From an uncultured Gemmatimonadales bacterium (GTDB taxonomy: Bacteria > Gemmatimonadota > Gemmatimonadetes > Gemmatimonadales > GWC2-71-9), in NCBI GenBank assembly GCA_963810185.1, contig CAWEMJ010000007.1, positions 125,347 to 189,346 on the forward strand: a stretch of DNA of 64,000 nucleotides. The letters are read 5' to 3'. The translations under genes were made by a program, and so were the position numbers. Of this stretch, positions 28,164 through 37,738 are shown one piece after another. Below the pieces are notes generated by a model that was given only the letters and a program-made list of their open reading frames with translations, did no database searches and was not told the origin of the DNA. Every line of letters starts with the position of its first letter. Position 1 is the first letter of the stretch.

Positions 28164-29772
28164 ATGCTGAAGGGACCTCGTTTGCAGGGCCAGTTCAGGA
28201 CCGACGAGCGCGCGCGCGCCGCCTATGCGGAGGGCGCGGGGATCTACCGCATCGTGCCGGCGGCCGTCGCGGTGCCAGCGGATGTGGCCGACCTCCAGCG
28301 GCTGGTCCGCTGGGCAGCGAGCAGCGGCACGTCGCTCGTGGCGCGAGGCGCCGGCAGCGCGATGGGCGGGGGCAACGTGGGGTCCGGAGTGATCGTGGAC
28401 CTCAATGCACTCGCCCCGGCGCGACTCGAGGTGCACGCCGCGGACCGGAGGGCGTTCGTCTCCGCCGGAATCGCTGCCGGCGCACTCGACGCCGCCGCCC
28501 GGCAGCACGGCCTCCGGTTTCCCCCTATGCCATCGAGCGGCACGCTGGGCCACGCTTGGCGGCATGGCGGCCACCAACGCCGCCGGCGCGTCGGCGGTCC
28601 GGTCCGGCAGCGTGCGTCAATGGATCAGCGCGCTGGAGTGGGTCGGAGCCGATGCCGAACTGAATCAATGGACGCGCGGGGATGCCACGCCGCTCCCACC
28701 GCGCTGGGCCGCGGTCCAGGACCGCATCCGTGCCGCTGAACCGGTGATCCGCACCCGGTATCCCCGGGTCCGGAAGAACTCCTCCGGCTACGCCGTGGAT
28801 GCCGTGCTCGAGTCCGGCGACCTGCTGGACCTGCTCATCGGATCGGAAGGCACCCTCGGATTCATCACCGGACTGGAGTGTCGCCTCGCGCCGCTGCCGG
28901 GCGCCACGGCGGGACTGCGCCTGGCCCTCCGCTCGCTCGACGACCTGGCCGACGTGGTGAATGCCCTGCTCCCCCTCCGGCCATCCGCACTGGAATTGCT
29001 CGACAGCACCTTCCTCGACCTGGTGGCCAGGGAGGGGGGCCGCGTCCCGGCGCTGGCCCGCGGCGCCGACGCGATCCTCCTCGTCGAGTTCGAGCGCGCC
29101 ACCGACGCCTCCGCGCGCGGCACCGTGGGTGACGCCGTCCGCGCCGTGAGCGCCTGGACCAGCGAGGTGGAAACGGCCATCACGCCGGAAGACTCCGAGG
29201 AACTCTGGCAGATCCGCCATGCCGCCAGCCCGATCCTCGCCCGGCTCCCGAAGACCCACCGCTCGATGCAGGTCATCGAGGACGGCGCCGTGCCGGTATC
29301 CCGGCTGGCGGACTACGTCCGTCTTGTCCGGCAGGTCACCCATGCGCACGGCCTCGGCGCCGTCGTCTTCGGCCACGCGGGCGACGGCAACATTCACGTC
29401 AACCTGCTGGTGGACACCACCAGGACCGGTTGGGAAGCCGGGGTGAGCTCGGTGCTGCGGGAAGTTTCCACCGGCACGGTGGCCCTCGGCGGCACCCTGA
29501 GCGGCGAGCATGGCGACGGCCGCCTCCGGGCCGGTGCGCTGGAATCGGTCTTCGGGCCAGACCTGCTGGCGCTCTTCCGCGACATCAAGGCCGCCTTCGA
29601 CCCGGCAGGGATCCTCAACCCGGGCGTCAAGCTCCCCGGCGGCGACGACCCCGTCACCCGACTCAAGGCCGGCGCCGCCGCCGTGAGCATTCCCGACGAC
29701 ATTGCCCTGGCGCTCCGCGACATCGAGCGCACCGGCGGCTACGCACGCGCACGCCTGGAGCTGGCCTCATGA
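28164..29772 (+). CDS. FAD-binding oxidoreductase, GlcD/D-lactate dehydrogenase-like (indel near 28542)
   Basis: [50 protein letters not shown]. Confidence 0.88.
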
Positions 29773-30564
29773 AGCCCTACCTCGACCTCCTCTCCCGCAT
29801 CCTCGACACCGGCGTGGCCAAGGCCGACCGGACCGGCACCGGCACGCTGAGTGTCTTCGGGCACCAGATGCGGTTCGACCTGGCGGCGGGATTTCCCATG
29901 GTCACTACCAAGAAGCTCCACATGAAGTCCATCGTGTACGAGCTGCTCTGGTTCCTCAGAGGGCGACACCAACGTCCGGTACCTGCAGGACCATGGCGTG
30001 AAGATCTGGGACGAGTGGGCCGACCCCGCCGGCGAGCTCGGACCGGTGTATGGCCATCAGTGGCGCTCCTGGCCAACCCCGAACGGCGGGCACATCGACC
30101 AGATCAGCCAGGTGCTCGAGGAGATTCGCCGCAATCCCGACTCCCGGCGGCTGATGGTGAGCGCCTGGAACGTGGCCGACATTCCCCAGATGGCCCTGGC
30201 CCCCTGTCACGCCCTCTTCCAGTTCTACGTGGCGGACGGGAAGCTCTCCTGCCAGCTCTACCAGCGGAGCGCCGACGCCTTCCTCGGCGTGCCGTTCAAC
30301 ATCGCCTCCTATGCCCTGCTCACCCTGATGGTGGCCCAGGTGACCGGATATCAGCCAGGGGAGTTCATCCACACCTTCGGCGACGCCCACCTCTATACCA
30401 ATCACCTCGAGGCGGCGCGGCTCCAGGTATCGCGGGATCCACACCAGCTGCCCCGCATCCGGCTGAACCCCGCCGTCACCTCCCTCTTCGACTTTCAGTA
30501 CGAGGACGTCGAGCTGCTGGGCTACGCGCCGCATCCCCATATCCCGGGGAAGGTGGCGGTGTGA
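29769..30564 (+). CDS. thyA: Thymidylate synthase (indel near 29961)
   Basis: DRTGTGT, ELLWFL, GPVYG.QWR, MALAPCH, YQRSAD.FLGVPFN. Confidence 0.95.
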
Positions 30565-31058
30565 CCATCTCCCTGGTGGTGGCCGTCGCCGAGAACGGCG
30601 TGATCGGGAACGGGAACGCCCTGCCCTGGCGTCTCTCCGCCGACCTGCGCCGGTTCAAGGCGCTCACCCTGGGGCACACCGTCATCATGGGGCGGAAGAC
30701 GTTCGAGTCGATCGGGAAGGGACTGACGGGCCGGCGGAACCTGGTGGTGAGCCGGAATCCGGAGTTCCGGCCGGAGGGGGCGACGCGGGTGCCGAGCCTC
30801 GAGGTGGCGTTCGCCGAAGCGGGACCGGCGGGCGAGGTGTTCGTCATCGGCGGCGCCGACATCTACCGGCAGGCGCTCCCGCTCGCCGAGAAGATCTACC
30901 TGACGCTCGTGCGGGCTGAGCCCGAGGGAGACGCGCACTTTCATCTCCCCGAGGGAAATGAGTGGGTGCTGGTCTCCTCCGAGCTCCGCGGGGCGGACGA
31001 CAAGAACGAATTCTCCTCGGAGTTTCGGGTCTACAAGCGAAAGAGGACTGGGGACTGA
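30561..31058 (+). CDS. folA: Dihydrofolate reductase
   Basis: [31 protein letters not shown]. Confidence 0.95.
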   Translation: MTISLVVAVAENGVIGNGNALPWRLSADLRRFKALTLGHTVIMGRKTFESIGKGLTGRRNLVVSRNPEFRPEGATRVPSLEVAFAEAGPAGEVFVIGGADIYRQALPLAEKIYLTLVRAEPEGDAHFHLPEGNEWVLVSSELRGADDKNEFSSEFRVYKRKRTGD

Positions 31059-31115
31059 GGACTGAGGACCGAGTGCACAGCCAACCTCAGTCCTCAGTCC
31101 TCGAACCTCAGTCCT
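31043..31115. repeat. Heptamer tandem repeat (GAGGACT)n with an inverted (AGTCCTC)n arm
   Basis: Read directly; a similar array at 58638-58662 and a degenerate one at 11053-11069. Confidence 0.8.
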
Positions 31116-31146
31116 GAATTCAGGTCCCCAATCCGCAAAAAATCTA

Positions 31147-31175
31147 TTGTGCTTCGCTCCCCTATTTCTTAACTT
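31147..31175 (+). promoter_or_regulatory. Sigma70-type promoter candidate for the ATP-grasp/GNAT/KamA operon
   Basis: TTGTGC-17 bp-TAACTT in an AT-rich patch. Confidence 0.55.
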
Positions 31176-31243
31176 GGTATCCGACAACAGCAAGCACGCC
31201 GGCTCGCCGCAATCCGGTGGCAGCCTTTTTGGAGGGGGAGTGT

Positions 31244-32347
31244 TTGGGAGTTCGTATCGGACTCGCCTACAACCTGAAGCCCCAAGCCGCAGCGATCGCT
31301 GCGGGAGACTTCGCCTCCCCTGTTGACCGGAACAACGCGCTCCGCGCCCTCCGCACCGATCTCGATCAACCCGATCTCTACGCCGAGTGGGACGAACCCG
31401 GCACCATCGATGCCGTCGAGCGCGCGCTGCAGCCGCTCGGCCAGGTCATCAGGCTCGAAGCCGACGCCTCCTTCCCGCAGAAGCTCGCCGATGCGCGCCC
31501 CGACTTCGTGTTCAACATCGCCGAGGGGCTCTACGGCCCCAACCGCGAGGGACACGTCCCCGCCATCTGCGAGTTCTTCGGCATCCCCTGTCACGCCTCC
31601 GATCCGCTGGCCCTCGGGCTCGCCCTCCACAAGGGGCGCGCCAAGGAGGTCATGGTGGCCCGTGGCGTTCCCACGGCGCCTTTCCGGATCGCCGAGTCGG
31701 TCGCCGACGCCGCCACCTGCACGCTCCCCTTCCCGGTGTTCGTCAAGCCGGCGTGCGAGGGGTCCGGCAAGGGCATCACGGTGGACAACCTCTGCCACGA
31801 CCGCACCGCGCTGGTCGGCCGGGTGGAGCACCTGCTCACCACCTACCGCCAACCGGTGCTCATCGAGGCCTGGCTGCCCGGAGCGGAGTTCACCGTGGCG
31901 GTGCTCGGCAACGGACCCGAGGCGCGCTGCCTTCCGATCGTCGCCATGGACTACGCGGACCTCCCCGAGGGAGCCCCGCCGATCTACGGCTACGAGGCCA
32001 AGTGGATCTGGGACACCCTCGACACTCCGCTCGACATCTACGAGTGCCCGGCCCAGATCCCGGAGTCGCTTGCCCGGCGGATCCGCGAGGCGTCGCTCGG
32101 CGCCTATCAGGCCCTGGGGTGCCGGGACTGGTGCCGCATCGACGTCCGCTGTGACGCCGACGGCAACCCGATGGTGGTCGAGCTGAATCCCCTGCCCGGC
32201 ATTCTCCCCGACCCGCGGGACAACTCCTGCTTTCCCAAGGCGGCCCGCGCCGCGGGCATGGACTACGACGAACTGATCCAGACCGTGGCGGACATCGCCT
32301 GGCGGCGGATCACCGGCCGGCGGCTGCTCGCCGAGGTGGCGGCGTGA
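31244..32347 (+). CDS. D-Ala-D-Ala ligase-like ATP-grasp enzyme 1
   Basis: Probable TTG start after GGAGG; VFNIAEG, FVKPACEGSGKGI, YGYEAKW, RIDVR, ELNPLPG. Confidence 0.88.
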   Translation: MGVRIGLAYNLKPQAAAIAAGDFASPVDRNNALRALRTDLDQPDLYAEWDEPGTIDAVERALQPLGQVIRLEADASFPQKLADARPDFVFNIAEGLYGPNREGHVPAICEFFGIPCHASDPLALGLALHKGRAKEVMVARGVPTAPFRIAESVADAATCTLPFPVFVKPACEGSGKGITVDNLCHDRTALVGRVEHLLTTYRQPVLIEAWLPGAEFTVAVLGNGPEARCLPIVAMDYADLPEGAPPIYGYEAKWIWDTLDTPLDIYECPAQIPESLARRIREASLGAYQALGCRDWCRIDVRCDADGNPMVVELNPLPGILPDPRDNSCFPKAARAAGMDYDELIQTVADIAWRRITGRRLLAEVAA

Positions 32348-33351
32348 AGGTCGTCATCCTGCACGACGGCGGCGGCGAGGAGTGGAGCGCGGCCGACGTG
32401 GCCGCCGTCCTGGGCAACATCCGGGAAATCGAGCAGATCCTCCGCGCCGCCGGCCACAGCACCGAGACGGTGCCGGTCCATCTCGGTGAGCTCGGCTGGC
32501 TCGATCGTTGCCAGAAGGCCGACCTGGTGTTCAACCTGTGCGAGGGCATCAACGGCTACTCGCGCTTCGAAGACTACGTGGTGGCCGCTCTCGAGCTGGC
32601 CCGGGTGCCGTTTACCGGCTGCCGGTCCTGGCCCATCACGATCTGCCACCGGAAGCACGTGGCCAACGCCCTCCTCCGGGACGCCGGCGTGCCGGTGCCG
32701 CCCTTCGCGCTGGTGCACGGGCCGGTGGTGCCCGAGGGCCTCCGGTTCCCGGTCATCGTCAAGCCGTCCATGGAAGACGCGAGCATCGGGATCGACGAGG
32801 GGTCGGTCTGTCACACGCCCGAGGCGCTCCTGGAGCGGCTCGCCAAGGCGACGGCGCAGTGGGAAGACGTGCTGGTGCAGGAGTACGTGGCCGGGCGGGA
32901 GTTCAACGTCGGCTTCGTGGGCAGCACCGCGCTTCCGATCTCGGAAATCGACTTCACCGGCCTCGGCGAGGGCAAGCCGCCCATCGTGACCTACGCGGCC
33001 AAGTGGACGGCGGGGAGCGACTACGACCTGCACACCGTTCCGGTGTGCCCGGCGCGGGTCGATGCGGCTACGGCCGACCTGCTGGTCCGCGTCGCAGAAC
33101 GCGCGTGGCGCGCCATGGCAAAGTGCGAGGGCTACGGCCGGGTGGACATCCGGCTCGGCGCGGACGGCACGCCGTGGGTGCTGGAACTGAATCCCGATCC
33201 CGACCTCTCGAGCGACGCCGGCCTGGCGCGCATGGGCCGGGCGTACGGGTGGGACTATTCGACGCTGGTGCTGCAGGTCGTGGACGAAGCGATGGCACGG
33301 GGCCGGGTCGCGCTCGCCGAGGGCGCCCTCGCGGGGCGAATCACCTCGTGA
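32344..33351 (+). CDS. D-Ala-D-Ala ligase-like ATP-grasp enzyme 2
   Basis: GTGA overlap; VFNLCEG, IVKPSMEDASIGI, TYAAKW, GRVDIR, ELNPDPD. Confidence 0.88.
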   Translation: MKVVILHDGGGEEWSAADVAAVLGNIREIEQILRAAGHSTETVPVHLGELGWLDRCQKADLVFNLCEGINGYSRFEDYVVAALELARVPFTGCRSWPITICHRKHVANALLRDAGVPVPPFALVHGPVVPEGLRFPVIVKPSMEDASIGIDEGSVCHTPEALLERLAKATAQWEDVLVQEYVAGREFNVGFVGSTALPISEIDFTGLGEGKPPIVTYAAKWTAGSDYDLHTVPVCPARVDAATADLLVRVAERAWRAMAKCEGYGRVDIRLGADGTPWVLELNPDPDLSSDAGLARMGRAYGWDYSTLVLQVVDEAMARGRVALAEGALAGRITS

Positions 33352-33848
33352 CGCGTGCGGCCGTGGCCACCCGCCTCCGGGCACTGACCGCCGCCGACCG
33401 CGGTCGGCTCGCGGACATTTCGCGGGCGGTCGGGCTCTTTCGCGACGACGAAGTTCCCGTGGCGCTCGAAGTCTTCGACGCCGCGGTGGCGGGTAGCCCT
33501 GATTACACGGCGCTCGGCGTCGAGGCGGACGGCCAGCTGGCGGGATGGATCTGCTGGGGACCGACGCCCTGCACCCTGGGCACCTGGGACCTCTACTGGA
33601 TGGCGGTCGATCCGGCGCTGCACGGGCTCGGACTCGGCACCCAGCTGGTCGATGAGATGGAGCGCCGCCTGCAGGGTCAGGCGCGCCTCGTGGTGGTCGA
33701 GACGGCGGGCCGGGCGGACTACGCACCGACGCGCGCGTTCTACGAGGCCCGTGGGTATCGGGCCGTCGGGCTCATCCCGGATTTCTACGCGCCGGGAGAC
33801 GACCAAGTGACGTTCGTGAAGTACTTCGAGGTCCCCGCAACAACCTGA
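33348..33848 (+). CDS. GNAT family N-acetyltransferase
   Basis: GTGA overlap; LYWMAVDPALHGLGLG (acyl-CoA motif), TRAFYEARGY. Confidence 0.9.
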   Translation: MTRAAVATRLRALTAADRGRLADISRAVGLFRDDEVPVALEVFDAAVAGSPDYTALGVEADGQLAGWICWGPTPCTLGTWDLYWMAVDPALHGLGLGTQLVDEMERRLQGQARLVVVETAGRADYAPTRAFYEARGYRAVGLIPDFYAPGDDQVTFVKYFEVPATT

Positions 33849-33863
33849 GGATGGGGTACAGGC

Positions 33864-35039
33864 ATGGAGACTTGGCAGGAAGTCCTGCGTAAGAACTCGA
33901 TCGCGTCGCTCGATACGCTCGCCAGCAAGTTCGGCGCCGAGAATTTTCCCGAGCTCGACCGGCTGCGGCTGGCGGCGGAGAATTTCGAGTTCCGGATCTC
34001 GCCGGCCATGGTGGAGCTGATCAAGTCCCCCGACGACCCGATCTGGCGCCAGTACGTGCCCACCGTCGAGGAGCTCGAAGTCCACGACGGCATCGTGGAC
34101 TCGCTGAACGAGGACGAGGACAGCCCGGTGCCGAACATCACGCACCGCTATCCCGACCGGGCGCTCTTCCTGGTCAGCCCCGTCTGCGCCAGTTACTGCC
34201 GGTTCTGCACCCGGCGGCGCAAGGTGGGCGACCCCGAGAAGATCCCGATGTCGCAGTTCGAGTCGGCCTTCCAGTACCTGGAAAGCCACACCGAAATCCG
34301 CGACGTCATCATGTCGGGCGGCGACCCGCTGCTCCTGAACGACCGGAGGCTGGACGCCATCCTGTCGCGGCTCCGGAGCATCAAGCACATCCAGATCATC
34401 CGGATCGGGAGCCGGGTCCCCTGCCACCTGCCGGAGCGGATCACCCCGGAACTCTGTGCAACGATCAAGAAGTACCACCCGGTCTGGATCAACACCCACT
34501 TCAACCACCCCGACGAGCTCACGCCGGCGGCGGTCAAGGGATTGGGCATGCTGGCCGACGCCGGCATCCCGCTCGGCTGCCAGACGGTGCTCCTCCGGGG
34601 CGTCAACGACACCCCCGAAGTGATGAAGCAGCTGATGCACCGCCTCATGATGGCCCGGGTGCGGCCCTACTACATCTACATGGCCGACCAGGTGGCGGGG
34701 GCCGAGCACTTCCGGACCAGCGTGCAGACCGGGATCCAGATCATGGAGTCGCTGCGCGGCTGGACCAGCGGTCTGGCCAACCCGCAGTTCGTCATCGACG
34801 CCCCCGGCGGCGGCGGGAAGATTCCCCTCCTGCCAGAGTACGTCATCTCGATGAGCGACGAGGAGGTCGTCCTGCGCAACTTCCGCGGCGAGCAGTTCGT
34901 CTACAAGCAGCCCAACGAGGAGCTGGCGGTGGCGGCCATGCGCCGGCGCACCGACCCGGAGTATCTCTTCCAGCCGACGCTGCAATTGAAGAAGCGGGCC
35001 AAGCGCGCCAGCAAGGTGCCCAAGCGCAAGCTGGCCTGA
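33864..35039 (+). CDS. kamA: KamA-family radical SAM protein (lysine 2,3-aminomutase-like)
   Basis: HRYPDR, CASYCRFCTRRR, SGGDPL, HFNHP, QTVLLRGVND, DAPGGGGKIP (PLP lysine). Confidence 0.9.
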   Translation: METWQEVLRKNSIASLDTLASKFGAENFPELDRLRLAAENFEFRISPAMVELIKSPDDPIWRQYVPTVEELEVHDGIVDSLNEDEDSPVPNITHRYPDRALFLVSPVCASYCRFCTRRRKVGDPEKIPMSQFESAFQYLESHTEIRDVIMSGGDPLLLNDRRLDAILSRLRSIKHIQIIRIGSRVPCHLPERITPELCATIKKYHPVWINTHFNHPDELTPAAVKGLGMLADAGIPLGCQTVLLRGVNDTPEVMKQLMHRLMMARVRPYYIYMADQVAGAEHFRTSVQTGIQIMESLRGWTSGLANPQFVIDAPGGGGKIPLLPEYVISMSDEEVVLRNFRGEQFVYKQPNEELAVAAMRRRTDPEYLFQPTLQLKKRAKRASKVPKRKLA

Positions 35040-35074
35040 GCGCCGGGCACCACTCTGGTGCAATCCTGGAAGAC

Positions 35075-35106
35075 ACCGCCCGGCCATCGCCGGGCGGTTT
35101 TGTTTT
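35075..35106 (+). terminator. Intrinsic terminator closing the KamA operon
   Basis: ACCGCCCGGC-catc-GCCGGGCGGT-TTTGTTTT. Confidence 0.85.
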
Positions 35107-35169
35107 CCCCTCTTGCCCCCGGCTCGTTTCGGTTGAACACTTGGGCTGACCCCATTTCGGAGCAGACCC

Positions 35170-35475
35170 ATGGCGCTGGGCGGCAAGAGCTGGGACGAGT
35201 GGATCGCGCAGTACGCCACCAGCCACCAGAACCCGGTCAACCGGGTCTGTCACACCATCGGTATCCCGCTCATCGCCGTTTCGATCCCGCTCTTCCTGGT
35301 CGGTATCTGGGTGCCCGGCTTCTGGCGGATTCCGCTCACGCTGTTCGTGGTGGGCTGGGTCTTCCAGTTCATCGGCCACGCGTTCGAGGGCAAGCCGCCG
35401 GAATTCTTCAAGGACTGGCGGTTTCTCTTCGTGGGGCTTCGGTGGTGGGTGGCCAAGCTGCAGGGGCGGGCGTGA
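35170..35475 (+). CDS. DUF962/Mpo1-like membrane protein
   Basis: Y..SHQNPVNR.CH..GIP, QFIGH.FEGKPP. Confidence 0.88.
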   Translation: MALGGKSWDEWIAQYATSHQNPVNRVCHTIGIPLIAVSIPLFLVGIWVPGFWRIPLTLFVVGWVFQFIGHAFEGKPPEFFKDWRFLFVGLRWWVAKLQGRA

Positions 35476-36056
35476 TGATGGACCGCCGGGAGCTACTCGC
35501 GCTGATCGGTGGAGCCGGGCTGGCGGGGTTCGCTTGCCGGCCCGACAGGGAACAGGACGACCCCTCAGTGCAGCTCGCCCAGGGCGGCCCGCCCTACCAG
35601 TTCAAGGCGCTCAACGCTCACCAGGCGGCGACCGTCACGGTGCTGGTCGATTGCATCATCCCAGCCACCGGGACCCCAGGCGCCGCGGCGGCGGGCGTGC
35701 CTGAGTTCATCGATGTCATCGTGGGTGAGTGGTACCACCCGGACGAGCGGGCGCAGTTCCTGACCGGGCTTGGGGAGCTCGACCAGCGGAGCACCACGCT
35801 CGGATCGACCCGGTTTCTCGAACTGGACGCCGCGCAGCAGGTGGCGCTCCTCCAGACGGTGGAGGCCGAGGCGTTCGCGGCCCGAAAGGCCGACCCCGCG
35901 GCACCGACCCCTTTCTGGCTCCGGCTCAAGTCGCTCACCGTCTACGGGTATTACAACTCGGCGGTGGGCTCCCTTCAGGAGCTCGACCGGCCGGCCATCC
36001 CGGGGCGCTTCGACGGTTGCGAGCACCTCCCCGCTGCCCGCCCCGGAGGGCTCTGA
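35475..36056 (+). CDS. Gluconate 2-dehydrogenase subunit 3 family (Tat-exported small subunit)
   Basis: DRRELL Tat motif, IIP.T.TPGA..AGVPEFID, K.LTV.GYY.S..G. Confidence 0.85.
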   Translation: MMDRRELLALIGGAGLAGFACRPDREQDDPSVQLAQGGPPYQFKALNAHQAATVTVLVDCIIPATGTPGAAAAGVPEFIDVIVGEWYHPDERAQFLTGLGELDQRSTTLGSTRFLELDAAQQVALLQTVEAEAFAARKADPAAPTPFWLRLKSLTVYGYYNSAVGSLQELDRPAIPGRFDGCEHLPAARPGGL

Positions 36057-37738
36057 TGCCGAAGGCCTATGATGCGATTGTAGTCGGCTCCGGCATCAGC
36101 GGCGGCTGGGCCGCCAAGGAACTGACCGAGCGGGGACTCAACACGCTGGTGCTCGAGGCGGGCGGACCGATCGACCCGGCCAAGGACTATGTGGAGCACG
36201 TGCCGCCCTGGCAGCTCCACTTCCGGGGCTACGGCGACCGGCAGAAGCTGGCGCGCGAGCAGCCGGTGCAGAAGGACTGCTACGCCTGCGACGAGTGGGG
36301 CAGCAAGTTCTTCGTGAACGACCTCGACAACCCCTACACCACCGACCCGACAGAGCCGTTCCGCTGGATCCGCGGCCGCCAGGTGGGGGGGCGCTCCATC
36401 ATGTGGGGCCGGCAGGTGTACCGCTGGAGCGACCTCGACTTCACCGCCAACCTCCGCGACGGCCACGGCACCGATTGGCCGATCCGATACGCCGACATCG
36501 CGCCGTGGTACAGCTACGTCGAGCGCTTCATCGGGGTGAGCGGCGAGCGCCTCGGCCTGTCCCAGCTCCCGGACGGCGAGTTCCTCCCGCCGATGCAGCT
36601 CAACTGCGCCGAACGGCATGTCCGGGACAAGCTGAAGACCGCCTTCGGCGGCGAGCGGCACCTCACGATCGGCCGGGCGGCCATCCTGACCCAGGACCAC
36701 AACGGCCGCAAGGCCTGCCACTACTGCGGCCCCTGCGAGCGGGGGTGCATCACTCACTCCTATTTCAACAGCATCGGCTCCACGCTTCCGGCGGCTCGAG
36801 CCACGGGGCGACTCACCCTCAGGCCCCACAGCGTCGTCCACAGCGTGATCTACGACCCGAAGCAGGGCCGCGCTACGGGCGTACGGGTCATCGACGCCCA
36901 GACGATGGAAGCGACGGAGTTCCAGGCTCGCGTGGTCTTCCTCTGCGCCTCCGCGCTCGAATCCACACGAATCCTGCTCCATTCCACCAGCCCGGAGTTC
37001 CCGAACGGCCTGGCCAACTCGAGCGGCCAGCTCGGGCGCAACTTGATGGACCACGTCATGGGCGGCGGCGCCAGGGGTACGATCCCCGGCTACGAATCGG
37101 AGTGGATCTACGGCAACCGGCCGAACGGGACCTACCTGCCACGGTTCCGCAATGTCACCAAGTCGCACCCGGGATTCCTGCGCGGATACGCTTTCCAAGG
37201 CGGCGGCGGCCGCAGCGACTGGGGGCGAGGCAGTTCGTTGCCGGGGATCGGAAAGGAGTTCAAGGCGTCGCTCCGGGAGCCAGGCCCGTGGCGCTTCAGC
37301 TTCTACGGCTTCGGCGAGTGCCTGCCCAACCCGGAGAACTTCATCGAGCTCGACCCGGTCGTGAAGGACAAGTGGGGGATTCCGGCGCTCCGCATTCACT
37401 GCAAGTGGCGCGAGAACGAGCGCGCCCTGCTCCAGGACATGTCGGTGACGGCTGCCGAGATGCTGGAGGCGGCTGGCGCCACCGACATCGGCTCGTTCGT
37501 CGAGGACAATCCGCCCGGACTCACCATCCACGAAATGGGCACCGCACGAATGGGGCGGGATCCGTCCACCTCCGTCCTCAACGCCAACAATCAGGCGCAC
37601 GACGTGAAGAACCTCTTCGTGACCGACGGCGCCTGCATGGCGTCGTCCGCCAACCAGAACCCGTCCATCACCTACATGGCGCTCACCGCCCGGGCCGCCG
37701 ATTTCGCCGTGGCCGGCATGAACCGGGGAGAACTCTGA
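36056..37738 (+). CDS. GMC family oxidoreductase (glycoside 3-dehydrogenase-like)
   Basis: GSGISGG, GGRSIMWGRQ, CHYCGPCERGC, IHEMGTARMG, NPSITYMA. Confidence 0.92.
   Translation: MPKAYDAIVVGSGISGGWAAKELTERGLNTLVLEAGGPIDPAKDYVEHVPPWQLHFRGYGDRQKLAREQPVQKDCYACDEWGSKFFVNDLDNPYTTDPTEPFRWIRGRQVGGRSIMWGRQVYRWSDLDFTANLRDGHGTDWPIRYADIAPWYSYVERFIGVSGERLGLSQLPDGEFLPPMQLNCAERHVRDKLKTAFGGERHLTIGRAAILTQDHNGRKACHYCGPCERGCITHSYFNSIGSTLPAARATGRLTLRPHSVVHSVIYDPKQGRATGVRVIDAQTMEATEFQARVVFLCASALESTRILLHSTSPEFPNGLANSSGQLGRNLMDHVMGGGARGTIPGYESEWIYGNRPNGTYLPRFRNVTKSHPGFLRGYAFQGGGGRSDWGRGSSLPGIGKEFKASLREPGPWRFSFYGFGECLPNPENFIELDPVVKDKWGIPALRIHCKWRENERALLQDMSVTAAEMLEAAGATDIGSFVEDNPPGLTIHEMGTARMGRDPSTSVLNANNQAHDVKNLFVTDGACMASSANQNPSITYMALTARAADFAVAGMNRGEL

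Noticed and set aside
29940-29990. Programmed ribosomal frameshifting in thyA and other split genes
   Set aside because: There is no common slippery sequence or stimulatory structure, and many unrelated genes are affected, consistent with sequence error
31244-33351. Van-type glycopeptide resistance ligases or housekeeping ddl
   Set aside because: No vanH, vanX, vanRS or mur/fts genes nearby; the motifs are divergent and the genes are coupled to GNAT and KamA
33864-35039. EpmB (EF-P beta-lysylation)
   Set aside because: No efp or epmA adjacent, and the gene is operonic with ATP-grasp ligases; this cannot be fully excluded without a phylogeny
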